Assembly (NCBI RefSeq): GCF_009914755.1
Contig: NC_060936.1
Length of the DNA: 64,000 nt
Reading direction: 5' to 3' (one strand)
Origin: the human T2T-CHM13v2.0 reference genome, Homo sapiens
Below are positions 25,409 to 37,903 of the stretch, one piece after another. Numbering within the stretch: position 1 is the stretch's first letter; every line of letters starts with the position of its first letter. A model generated the notes under the pieces. That model ran no database searches. It saw only the letters and a list, made by a program, of their open reading frames with translations, and had not been told where the DNA came from. The translations under genes were made by a program, and so were the position numbers.

Positions 25409-26465
25409 GACTTCCCTTTTCTTGGGGTATGGCTGTCTCAGCACAATACTCAACATAACTGCAGAACTGATGTGGCTCAGGCACCCTGGTTTTAATTCCT
25501 TGAGGATCTGGCAATTGGCTTACGCAAAAGGTCACCATTTGAGGTCCTGCCTTACTAATTATGTGCTGCCCAACAACTAAATTTGTAATTTGTTTTTCTC
25601 TAGTTTGAGCAGGGTCTGAATTTTTTCATTTATTTCCTTTTTTGCCAGCAGACAGACTTGAGTCTGTAAAGACAAGCAAATACACTGACAGAAGTTTACC
25701 ATAGTTTCTAAAATGTAAAAAAGAAAACCCCCAAAAGACTCAAGAAAATTAGACCACAAATTTTGCATTGTTCATTGTAGCACTATTGGTAATAAAATAA
25801 CAAATGTTTGTGCATTTTTATGTGAAGATCCTTCTCGTATTTCATTTGGAAAGATGAGCAAGAGGTCTGCTTCCTTCATTTTACTTCCCCTTCTGTTTTT
25901 GAAAGGCAGTTTCGCCAAGCTTAATGCAAGAATATCTGACTGTTTAGAAGAAAGATATTGCCACAATCTCTGGATGGTTTTCCAGGGTTGTGTTATTACT
26001 GAGCTTCATCTTTCCAGAATGAGCAAAACACTGTCCAGTCTTTGTTACGATTTTGTAATAAATGTGTACATTTTTTTTAAATTTTTGGACATCACATGAA
26101 TAAAGGTATGTATGTACGAATGTGTATATATTATATATATGACATCTATTTTGGAAAATGTTTGCCCTGCTGTACCTCATTTTTAGGAGGTGTGCATGGA
26201 TGCAATATATGAAAATGGGACATTCTGGAACTGCTGGTCAGGGGACTTTGTCGCCCTGTGCACTAAAAGGGCCAGATTTTCAGCAGCCAAGGACATCCAT
26301 ACCCAAGTGAATGTGATGGGACTTAAAAGAAGTGAACTGAGACAATTCACTCTGGCTGTTTGAACAGCAGCGTTTCATAGGAAGAGAAAAAAAGATCAAT
26401 CTTGTATTTTCTGACCACATAAAGGCTTCTTCTCTTTGTAATAAAGTAGAAAAGCTCTCCTCACT
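25385..26465 (+). other. CNOT2: CNOT2 3'UTR (end approximate)
   Basis: Follows the stop codon; AATAAA at 25791, 26057, 26099 and 26440; no recognisable interspersed repeats. Confidence 0.8.
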
Positions 26466-26490
26466 GCAGTGTTGGCTTTGATTTGAAATT
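26436..26490 (+). terminator. Likely distal CNOT2 cleavage/polyadenylation site
   Basis: TGTA abutting AATAAA (26440-26445), CA dinucleotide ~17 nt downstream, then GU/U-rich gtgttggctttgatttg. Confidence 0.75.
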
Positions 26491-28929
26491 GCGAAATTAT
26501 TTCTTCAACATGAAAAATAGAGGAAACAAACTGAAGTTTTACAGATATCAAACTGAATGGTGTGACTCAAATGTCTTTTTCAGCTTCCAACAAGTAATTT
26601 AATGGAAATATAGTGAACCGTTTCACTTGTAGGTTAAAAATGTAGACAGTATTAATCAGAGAAAACTTTTTTAAATGGGTTGTGGCAGCATTAGAAATAA
26701 AACATTCTGAATACTCTTGGAACCCAACCAAAGTACTTCTGTGAAAAATTTATGAGAAATTTCTTGATAGACCTTTAAATTTATCTTTAAGAAGTAATGT
26801 GCAAATGAAGGTAAGCCATAAGGTGGGAATGGGTAGACTTTACCTTCAGTTTGCTGGCCTAGATATCTCATATTTACAAGTTAGTGGATTCTTTTCCCAT
26901 CTAAATACAAATACTGTATTTTAAAAATCAGAAGATTGAAGCTTCCAAAGCAGAACTAGAGAGTAGAAAAAAGGCAATGAGTTTTGATCCTTTAAATTTT
27001 CATTTTTAACCTATTTTTCTATGAAGAGTAAAAGTCTGTTGGCATTAACCAAATCTTTTGAAAATGAAACATTTATGACATTGCTGTGTTTGTGTACCAG
27101 GAATATAAAGTGGCTTAAAATTTACCTTTTTCTATGCATTTTGAGATATGAGAAACACTATAAAAAACAGGATTTTCTATCTTTCATAATTAAACCAAAG
27201 CATCTCCTCAGTAAGAAAGATAGCACTATATAAATCATTTTATCTATTGTGCACAAACCTTCACAGAACACTATACCTTATTTGACATAAACCAGAGTCA
27301 AAGCATAGAAATCAATCTAGAAAAAAAAAGATTACATTTTTCCTAGTAATTCACTTTGTAAAATAAAATGTAATTTTTCCTACATAACCACAAAAAACAA
27401 GTAGGAAGAAAAATGTGGAAGGGGATCTTTATTCTCATGAATATAAACAACAATATAGATTGAAGTCTCAGCTGAAGCGTGATCATGACTGGTACTGATG
27501 AATGACTCCGAAAAATAAGATAGCTCATACCAAGTGGTTTGTTGTCTTGGCTGTAATCTTTTTTTCTCTTTTTTTGTTAACTGCCATATACAGAGTTTTA
27601 AATGCACACTTTTCCATTTTTTTGAGTTCTTTTTATCCTGAATCATCAAAATGAAGAAACTCTTGCATGTTAGCCAACTTTTTATAACTTGTTAATATCA
27701 GAAATTACCATGCTATGGACTTCAAAATACAAATTACTCTATTTGAAATATTTAAAACACTACTTTGAACTTTTTAAATGTAACAGTTATAATACGCCTT
27801 GATTTTATAACGTGGTTATACATGTAAAGAGGCTGAATCCAACTAATTATATTTCACATTTTCTTTCAAAGCTTTAATTCTGTTAATTTCCCCCTATATA
27901 GCTAGTGAAATAGATGTGTACACTATGTTAAATAAATTTTTTAGATTAAACTATGATTGGCTTTCTGGGAATAAAAGCTATTTAATTGCAAAGGGAAATC
28001 CTTTATTTGGTTTCAAATATAATTATTTAGGTGGTATTATAATTTATATGCTAAAGCTCTATTTTCAGAGACTTAACTACACAAATAGTTTTCCTTAGAT
28101 ATAATACATTTTAAGAACTGAAAGTTTATGTTAATTCTTAAAGTATATATAACTAGTCTGTTTCTTTTTGACACTGAAATTGGGACAAAGCAGGTGCTTG
28201 ATAGTTGTTGACTGATAAAAGTTGATATTTCAATTTGAAAATAAAGTATAAAGCATTGGGCTTTGAGATAGCTTACTCAATTATCATTTGCTATAATTTC
28301 ATTTTCACAATAATCTTTTTAAGCATTTTCAATAACTTTTAAATATTTCAAATTTTTCCAGTCTATAGCTTCTCTAATTGATAAATCCTCTTCTATTCAC
28401 AAGCCATAGATCTTCCACTTTGTTATATCCATTGCTCATAAAATATGTGGCATCTGAGCATGGCTGTACAGTAGGACTCATTTCATTTAACTTAGATTTA
28501 ATAGCTCAATTTTGCAAAAAGTTGCTGAAAACCTATACGTGTGTGGAAACAGGATTGTATAATACATTAACCATGGTTTGTCTATGTAGTTAATAAGATC
28601 TAGAAATATCTACTAACTAGGTTCCATTGAGATAGTCTCTGGAGAATGAACTAAGCCAGACATTGAGATGCCTTTACTTTCTAAAAGTTGGATCCTAATG
28701 GCAGGTCACAAGGCTGTCTCCTTGCCACTGGCATTACCAGTGACTTTGATTATACCATGAATACATGACAGATCTGGAAGATGAAGCAAATAAACTCACT
28801 GAAGGTTAAAATTGGGATCTAAATCTAACCAAGTAGTTTGGTGTGTAGAGTTGAATCAAATAGGATACATTCAATCAAGAAAATTACTTAGTTTTGCACT
28901 TTGATTGTTAATAAAGAATGGTGGAATAT

Positions 28930-30000
28930 AACATGATTTGAGTGGTTCATATATAGATCAGTAAAAATTGTGATCCTGTTGCCAAAAATACTAATGTAAT
29001 CTTCAGCTACATTAAGAAAAATATAGCACTCAGAAAAAGATAGGAAGCCCACTCTACTGGAAGTAATCACTCATCTGAAATGTCATCTTCTGTTTGAATG
29101 CTGTATTAGAAGAGCTGCCATGCCTGGGGAAGGCAGAAGGGGATGGAGAAGTAGCATGCCTTCTAGCTGCCTGGCAAATGCTGTGTGTTTTTATATACAT
29201 TGTTGTCTGAAGAATAGCATCATGAGGTGAAATTTAGTGTTCCCATTTTAGAGTAAATTTTAAAAACAAATAGGAATACAATTTTGGAAACATGGTATTT
29301 GTCTTCAGGTATCAAATTCAAGAGCTGTCAATGAAAGGCAATTAAGCTCATTCTTGTGACTGGAAGAGCAGAACTAGGACAAATAAGGGATTTCAGTGCA
29401 ATATTAAAAAGTAACTGAGTTAATTCAGATTTTTAAATCAGTTGCTTTGTAAGGCGTTAGATTTAACTTCATAGGACATAACCTAGGAGAGACTGGCTGG
29501 ATAGTGTTCTGTGCATAAGGTAAGGAGTTGAATGTCTTAATGTTCCTGTGGCTCATTGAAAAAGTGTTAAAGTAAGTGAGATAATTACTGTATTTCAGCA
29601 AATCTAATTGCCATCAATTGTAAGGGACACCATTTTATGTACCACTAAGACAAGCTGCCAATTACAGAATGTATCTATTATGTGAAGAAAGAACGTGCAT
29701 CTTAGAATTGATGAGATGTAGGTCTTGGAGACAACTAAAGAATACTAAGGGGAGGCATGACAGTTGTCATCAAACACAGGAAGAACTGGAATAGGGCAAG
29801 TCTCAAACCAATAAGGAGAAGTTGAATGAAACAGACTTTTTCTATATTAAGGTGCTACACAGTACTAGCTGCTTCATGAAGTAAAGGTTCAGTCAATGTG
29901 CAAACAAACTGAATGACTCTCAATTAGTTGACAGGACTGCCTTTTTAAATAAAAAGTTGAATGTGATTACTTCCAGACCTCTTTTCAGCTCTTTAAGGTA
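28930..30000 (+). mobile_element. Degenerate L3/CR1 fragments (with a MIR-like piece ~29170-29250)
   Basis: gttgccaaaaatactaatgtaatcttcagctacattaagaaaaatatag and gagcagaactaggac, typical of L3. Confidence 0.55.
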
Positions 30001-32249
30001 CTGATACCCTTTTCTTGATTTGAAGTTGGAGACTATGATGTCATCAGGGCTAAAAGGTATATACTTAAAGCATTGACCTTTAAGTACATAAGAATATGCT
30101 GTTCTGTGAATCATGGATAAGGTATACTTAAAATCACTGCTATATCTTTGGAAAGAAATTTAAATCAAAAAAGAATTACAAAAGGCAACTTTATTGAACT
30201 TACATGTAGAGTTGTTTTGATGTTAGGAGTAGGAATGTGAAACATTAATAAAGCACAACAAATAGTAATCATATGTATGTGTGTATTCACCAGATTTATT
30301 TATGTGTATATTTCTACATTTGAAAGAGGAAAAAGACAATTTTTAAGTTTTGACGTAAATGTTTAGTCTGAAATTGTACGTTGCATTAGTGTGCAATCTC
30401 CTGGGTACAAGTACTAAGTAGAATAAAATCTTGTTTCTTAAAATCCCACTAAATATTATAATCCCTGTGTATCAGGGGCATTCATTTACTTTTTCCTATA
30501 ACATCCAATGTTCTAGGGCAGAAACCATGTTACTACAATAGTATTTGTTAGCAGAACAGGAGGAAAGCTGAATCCATATATAAATATAAAACAGCAAAAG
30601 TGCTTTTATCTCAGTTATTTCCTGGGAATATTTCTGCTGATCTTAAGATTTCCTCTTCAGTTTGTATGTATAAAAACTGATAATGTAATGGGAATTACAT
30701 TATCAGTTATGTATGCATTAATTGAAGGTTTTTTAATCCAATTAAACAGTTGTGTAAATACTGTGACAAGATTTTAGTGACATGTCTCTTTATCATAAGA
30801 ACTCAAGATTTATAGGGCTTTTTAAAAAGCTAGTCATTTCCATGTTTATTGTACAGTTTTCTCTCAGTTATTTAAATGACTTCTTGAAAGTGTCAAAATT
30901 CACAAGGTCCTAATTGTCATAATTCTCTATCTTGAAAATCCAAATTATTGCATAGTCAAATAGCATATGATAACCAGTTGACATGTGCTAAAATACTTAA
31001 ACTATCTTCTACATAGCAAAGCCAATTTTTCATTCTTTTTGAAATTTATCTTAGTTTTCATTTCTAGGCCTGAAAGGCCATACCATACCACCAAAATGTT
31101 TTGACATCTTTCTTAGAGAAGATTAAATAAAACTGGCTTTATGCCAAAAGTGTTAGTTCTTTTAGACAATAATTGAAGGCACTAGCTGAGGAAAACAAAT
31201 CTTTACTATGAATCAGAGCTGGTCTCTAATTTGTATGTGTTTCCTGAAATGTAATGTTTTTGTGATTTGCATTTATTTTTGGCCTAAGTGACATTTTGAC
31301 CATATAATTTACTTTTAAAACTTACAATACATGCTTTTTTCTTCCAGGCCAAACTATTTCCTAGTGCATAATGAAGATAATTTTGATGATAATACATGAA
31401 TTCTTCAAACATTTTGGAAGAATACTTCAAATTTCAAGGGTGGTATGATGTCCACAAATCGCTGAGTCTGCTTGATTCTTTTTAGAATCAGGCCTCTTGA
31501 TACTAATTTATAATGAGAAAACTATTTTAAATTAAACATTTATTCTTCAAAATTATACATCTGAATGAGAAAACATTACATGAGGGAATGATATAAATAG
31601 TTTCATCTTCTTATGTATAAAAATAAAGATTTGGGGCAGCCAGAATGTTTCAAAGCTACCTTTAAATCTGTTACATACTGAACATTTATTTTAAGATGGA
31701 GTTTTAATTACCATATGTAACAGTGCATGAAAAATGGGCTGTCTTTGAGTTAAATATTTCCCCTCTTAAGAGAAAGATATGTTTGTTTTTTTATTTTGAA
31801 TGTTTTAACTTATTGTCTTCAAGTGGTTAATATTCTTCAAATATAACATGCTGTCTATTGCATGAGTTATATCTCAGTTTTAAAAAATGCAAGTCATGTT
31901 ACTCCTCTGCTCAAAAAGTTATTTCCAGATTTCCCTTTTTTTATCTAAAGTTTTGTATAATTTTTTTCAGTTCACTCTAAATGACTTAATATAGGTCTAA
32001 AATTTGAATATTAGTTGACTTGTATATCACTATTAGGAATCCAAATTCCCTACATTTGCAATGACACTGTCATTGAACAACAAAATCCATTATCCTAGAA
32101 GTGTTTGTAAATTGGAATATCATGGAAAAGAAAAGCTCAGACTTTCGAATGTTAAAGTGGGGCATCCTTTCCAACTTTGACTTATTATTCTTAGCATTTT
32201 GGACTAAGGGTAAAACCTTAGTTTCCTACATCATATCAAAAGAGAATAC

Positions 32250-32740
32250 TGAAGAAACTGGAAGTTGTGCATAACAAAAGGCCTAGGAGAGACATAATGG
32301 CTGTCTTCTCACCTCTGAGGTAGAGTCATTTGTAAGGCTTAATCCTTTTTTTTTTTTTTTTTTTTCTTGAGACGGAGTCTTGCTCTGTCGCCCAGGCTGG
32401 AGTGCAGTGGTGCGATCTCGGCTCACTGCAAGCTCCACCTCCCAGGTTCACGCCATTCTGCCTCATGTAAGGCTTTATTCTTAAAAATATCTTTATCCTA
32501 CATAACGCCAGAGGACAGAATAAGGACCATTACATAGCTGTTATGGCAAGGCAAATTTCAATCTACAGTAATAAAGTACCAGTTTATAATTTTTCAAAAG
32601 TTCCAGAAATCATTAGGAGTTATATCTTTCCATCACTGGAAGTGTCCAAGAAAAGGCAAAAAAAAAAAAAAGTATTATTAGAAATATTCGATGATGCTTT
32701 TCAGTCTGCAGAGGATAGGATTTCCTTCTGCCTTATAACT
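32250..32740 (+). mobile_element. L3/CR1 3' fragment interrupted by a truncated Alu
   Basis: ggagagacataatggctgtcttc..ccagaggacagaataaggacca..tttccatcactggaagtgtccaag. Confidence 0.6.
32346..32465 (-). mobile_element. 5'-truncated AluY (3' part of right arm only)
   Basis: ctgcaagctccacctcccaggttcacgccatt (Y diagnostics); flanked by tgtaaggctt direct repeats at 32331 and 32466. Confidence 0.9.
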
Positions 32741-33573
32741 ATTGCACATCTAGTTATTCCCTGTATTTACTTCTACCTTGAATTTTAGCTTGAATTTTTA
32801 GCAAGCCACTAGAAACCTAACTTAATCTCTCTGTTCCACATAAAACAGTACTACTATTATTTGCTAAGCATCTGAAGAGGCTATTTTCAACACAAATGTG
32901 ATTCAGAGTAAAATTAAGCAGGGGGACCAGATTAAATTATTAGTTCCTTCAGCCTCTACTCACCGTCCCCTTCATAATCGTTTCACAGTAGAGATTTTGA
33001 TTAAGCCTAACTGTACTTAAATATAAGTATAGAAACACATTTTAAATCCATTCATAAATGCTTTTTGTATTATCTACACTTCATTTTTGTTAACAAATTT
33101 CTTAGAAGTGGCATAGTATAGTAGAAAAATTGTTTTAGGTAATTTATTATCTTCGAGTGGTTAGTATTTCTTAAATATAAGATACTATGTAAAATGCAAA
33201 TATAAAATCCCCTGGCCCTGTCACAATATGTGTGCAGTCTTGCAAAAATTACCTAATCTCTGAATGTTTTTCCCTCTTCTTCTCATGGGAAGGTTAAATT
33301 AAGGCATTTGTAAATAACCTAGCTTATATTAGGTGTTGCATCGACGTAGGTCCATTTCTCTAAAGACAAACACTCTTCCTGTTAGCCATCATGCTAGGAC
33401 AGGCTCTCCATGTTTTTGGATTCTGTTAAAGACCTTTTAACTTCACTAGATACTGTTATATAGCAATACCCAATTTTCTAAAGTGCATGGCAAAACAAAA
33501 ATGGGAATTAGATACTAGAATACTAAAACTCTTCTAGACCAACCCTTTTGTACGACAAGGAGGAAACTAATAT

Positions 33574-33930
33574 TGCTATGGTTTAAAAGTGTCCCCCAAA
33601 TTTAATGTGTTAGAACATATTCCCCAAATTCATATTTTTGATGGCATTTCGAGATGGGGCCTTTGGGAGATAATTAGGATTAAATAAGGTCATCAGGGTG
33701 TGGGGCCTGATGGGACTGGTGGCTTTATATGTACAGTGGCCTGAGTTAATAGGCATTCTTGCTTTCTTGCTATGGAACTGCCTTCTGCCATGTTAGGGTA
33801 CACAAGGACCTGACCAGATACTACTGTCATGCTCTTGGACTTCCCAGCATCTAGAATTGTAAGAAATAAGTTTCTTTATAAATTACCCAGTCTCAGGTAT
33901 TCAGTTATAGCAACAGAAAATAGACTAAGA
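33574..33930 (+). mobile_element. MaLR solo LTR (MSTC/MSTD/MLT1A-like)
   Basis: tgctatggtttaaaagtgtcccccaaa start; aaattacccagtctcaggtattcagttatagcaacagaaaatagactaag end. Confidence 0.85.
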
Positions 33931-36900
33931 GGATTATTTACCTTGTGTCAAATTATTTACTACTAAAGCTGGGACCAAAACCTCTTGGCCTCTATGTTTC
34001 AAGTTCCAAAGCTGATTTCCCTTTTACTACATACCTGTGTATATCTCTCCCATACAGATTCACTGCAGTTAACATGAAAGACTCAACAGTTGGTGAGATT
34101 TTAGGAACTCTAGAGCACTACCAGTATGGTATTAAAAATTTGCTAATCTATCCAGAATGTAAATTTTAATGGAAAAAATGTGAATTGATTGTCTGTGTTT
34201 TGCTTTCCTCAGTTGCAAACATAAAGGCTATACACAAACATAAATTTGAGCTTTTAAAAAATATTTTAAATAACTACAATTACAAGCAAAATGCAAAGTC
34301 TGGGAGCTTCTTGGTTAATGTTGAACTAGGCAATGGTTAAAATCCCTTCCTGTTCTAATTTACTGTAATTAGAGATAGTAAGTAGTGTTCTTAGTAATAA
34401 TTATATGCTCATTTTAATAGGTGAAGTTTATGGCCAGGAAAAAACAATCAGAAAAAATAGTGACCACATAGGAAATGTATTTTGAATTTAAAATTCTGAG
34501 GCTAATAACAAATATTTAACACTCATAATGGAGCATGGCAAGGAAATTAATTTGGTATCAGCAAGCTGGAACTCAATTTCCTATGACATTAACAAAATCT
34601 ATAATTATAGCTGCTGAATCAAGAAGAAAATATAAAATGGTTTTATATGGTTTTCTTTGTTGGATCACTCATACTTTCATCATGTGTAATATCTAGTAAA
34701 AAAGGTCTAAACTCTAGAACGTAAATTTTAATAGAAAAAGTGATTATACATTATTTTCCTATGTATTTTCGCTTTTCAAGTGTTTAGTGGCAGTTATCAA
34801 AAAACTTCATAATGTGCCAATTTTTGAAAAAATTTTCCCACCTGCTGTAAATTCCCTTCTATTCCTAGGATACAAAAGCCTGCCTTAAAATTATTTTTAG
34901 AATCTTTTATTAAAAAGTATATATACATATGATATTGTATACTGCAACTTTAGCATCAGCCACAGGACTTTTTGAATATTGATCATGAGAACAAATTATA
35001 AGTAACATGGCTTTGATGCCCTTGTTTAGATAGGCTTTATTTTTCTTTTAAATTGAACTTTATCAAGACCTGGCCATGATCCTACTGGAAAAACTACTGC
35101 AGACGATGTACATCAAATAAGTCAGTCTGGTTCTTAATATTACATTTTTAATCTTAATTGGTGGAACACTATTCAAAGAAAGGACTAGCTGCTTTTTCTG
35201 TGCTACTTCCACCTTTCACAGGGAACAGAGATTTTAAGTGACCTCAGATCTTAGCATTTCTGAGCTTTCCTGGAGTTCTTACTACCATTCTGACTTAGTA
35301 AGTGGTGACCTGTATTCTGAAACTGAGGGGCTGACATATCCAATCTTCCTTGGGAATGTGATAAAGCAGCTCCGCTTCAAGTAAGTAAAACTAATAAACA
35401 CTTCCAGTGTTTCATTAAGAATAAAATAGAAATTGATTTAATTTGTGAAGTCTTAATACGTTTGACTTTCAATAAAGATGTGAAGATAAAAGTGTTCAGA
35501 GAAAAGCTAAATTAAAAACAGGAAACAGGAGAAAAAAATGTCTAGAGAACAGAAGACACAAGTTTCTTTAAATACTTTAAGAATAATTGCCAAGAAAGAA
35601 ATTGACTAAATGCAGAACTGAAAGAAAATGAATTTTAAAACTTCAAGAATTTCAGTTAAAATAAGATAGAATTTTCTGATTTTGTTCCCTAGACTTAGAC
35701 CACCGTACTTCAGTTTTGAGGCAGAGGTTTCATTCACAGAAGACTTTGAGCTCTGGAATCATTGAAAAACGAACCATATTCATTAAATTATTGGTAGTCC
35801 CCCAACTGCTGTGCATTAATAGGAATTAATTCTGCCTCATTTCAGTTCCTCAACATACTGAGCTAGAATAATTGTATCTTGTTATTTGTTCATCATTGCT
35901 TCAGATCTTAGACATAGCTTTTCCTTTCTTGGAAAAGAAGATTATAACAATAGAAAAAAAAGATTATTTCCTATGTTTTTTATTTTTCCTGCAATAGGAA
36001 AAAGATTCAGATTGAAGATTTGTGATTTTCGGTTATGCTATTTCAATTATTAAACTCACTTTTAAGCAATGTAATCACAATTGTCTTTATGCTAACAGGA
36101 AAAGAATACAATTCTTACATTTAAATTAAAAAAAGAAAATCTCAAAACCTGAAAGGTATTAGAGAACAAAGCATCTTCCTAATTTGGACGTTTTTCAAAC
36201 TCTACATCTTCTTAATTTATTGAGAAAAAGACACTTAGGATCTTCCTGTAATTAATTTGCCCATTGCTGGGAAATACTTGTTACCTGTCATAATGTAGTG
36301 CTTCAAAATAACGTTATCAGAACTGCAGTCGAAAGGTACTCAATACCAGTTAAGTAACATTTGAAGTCCAGGAAAGAGAAGTCAAGAATTCCATGATTCC
36401 ATGTTTCCGTATTCATCAGGAACATAATTAAGAGTTTATTCATTTGAGACTTACAAGCAAACAAAAAAAGTTTATGTAGTTTGCAAGGAAGTTAATATTC
36501 TGATTTTATTCTTCGAAATGTACATATAAATAGTTCTCAAGTTTGATTTTATGATAAAAGTGTAGTTTGGGAAAAGGTCATTCTAACTTTAAAAAGGTCG
36601 CGAAAACAATAGAGGCTGAAGCATTGTTAGCGTAATTGGGGGAGGAGGGAGCAACGGCAAGAATTAAGAGCAGAACACAGGTCTAGAAACAGTACCTGTC
36701 CCAAAGTGGGTCTGCCCGGCGCTGTCGCTTTAAGCAGCGCTCCTGGAAACCTCATCTACAAATCCTGGGGCGGGTCAGGGGTGGCAAGACTCCTAAGGAG
36801 GGAAACGACAGAAATGATTCTGTTCTTGCGAGCCCCAAAGCAAGAGTACTTTTCTGATGGGTAAAGTGGTATTTCTTTCCAGGCTGCAAAGCTCTCCACC

Positions 36901-37650
36901 TTTTTCCTTTGGTCTCAGTCAGCCCCAGCCATGGGGGCAAATCAAGTTGGGGTCAACTCGGCTGCCAGAGACCTAAGTTGCCACAAGGGTCACCGACGAC
37001 CTAAGCAGCAAGTTTCCTTCGTCCAGCCTCCTGCCCCCACGCACATTGCCTCCACAGCAAACTCCACCTGACTCAGCTTGTTTAACTCCAATCCTGCAGC
37101 CCTCCCGGCCTCAGCAGGGTCAGGGGGCGCGGGTCTGCGCCAAGACGGTTAGGAGGCCCAAGTCCTGGGACTGGACGGTTACTGCGCTCCCTTGGGCGCA
37201 GCCGCTGGCGGCGTGGGCGCGGCTGGGTCACGCCTCCGGCACCACCGCGCGCCAGCCCGCCCGTGGCATGGGAACCTGCGATTCAGTCGTCCCCGGGGAC
37301 CTCCCAGCGCACACCGCTAGCCTGGGGCTTTCACCTCGATCCGCCCGGCCTGGGCGGCTCGTGTCCTCCCACACCGCCACCCGTGCCCGCTTCCCGGGGT
37401 GCGCCCGGAGCCTGGCCGCTCTCCCTGCAGGTGACCAGTACTCGTTTGGAGTTCAAGATTCCCGCCGCTCCACTTGAACTCCACCCTCCCCTCTTATTAT
37501 TATTATTATTTTAACTTCCCTCCGGTTAAGCTAAATTGATCTTAATCTTTCATCTCGGACGTCCCTCTAAGGGGAGTGAGCGAAGATTCCGATTGCAAGT
37601 CGCCGCTGTCGCTTGTGCCCGTCAGCCCCTCGCCCAAAGGAGACGCCCCC

Positions 37651-37719
37651 GGGCGGGGCGGGGCGGAGCGGGGCGGGGCGGAAGGGCCCGGGTCTGCTGC
37701 GGACGGGGCGGGGCGGAGC
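37651..37719 (+). promoter_or_regulatory. Tandem GC boxes (Sp/KLF sites), TATA-less core promoter
   Basis: GGGCGGGGCGGGGCGGAGCGGGGCGGGGCGG followed by GGGGCGGGGCGGAGC. Confidence 0.8.
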
Positions 37720-37888
37720 CTCCTCCTGCACGGGGGAGCCCCCGGGCTCGCCCCAGCTCAGACACTCCTAGCCTTGGGGCAGCTGCCGGGCGAGTCAGCG
37801 GAGTAGCGGCCAGCGGGCGATGGAGACAGAGAGACACCCGACGAGAGGAGGCGGGGTGGGGGAGGCGGGGAGAGTGCGGGGGCGGAGG

Positions 37889-37903
37889 CTGGCAGGGGGC
37901 GCT
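37889..37903 (+). promoter_or_regulatory. CTCF-like motif in KCNMB4 exon 1
   Basis: CTGGCAGGGGGCGCT versus core CCAGCAGGGGGCGCT (13/15); the GC-rich background raises the chance of a spurious match. Confidence 0.35.

Noticed and set aside
36717-36740. REST/RE1 site upstream of neuronal KCNMB4 (GGCGCTGTC)
   Set aside because: Only one half-site; the GGTGCTGA half is missing
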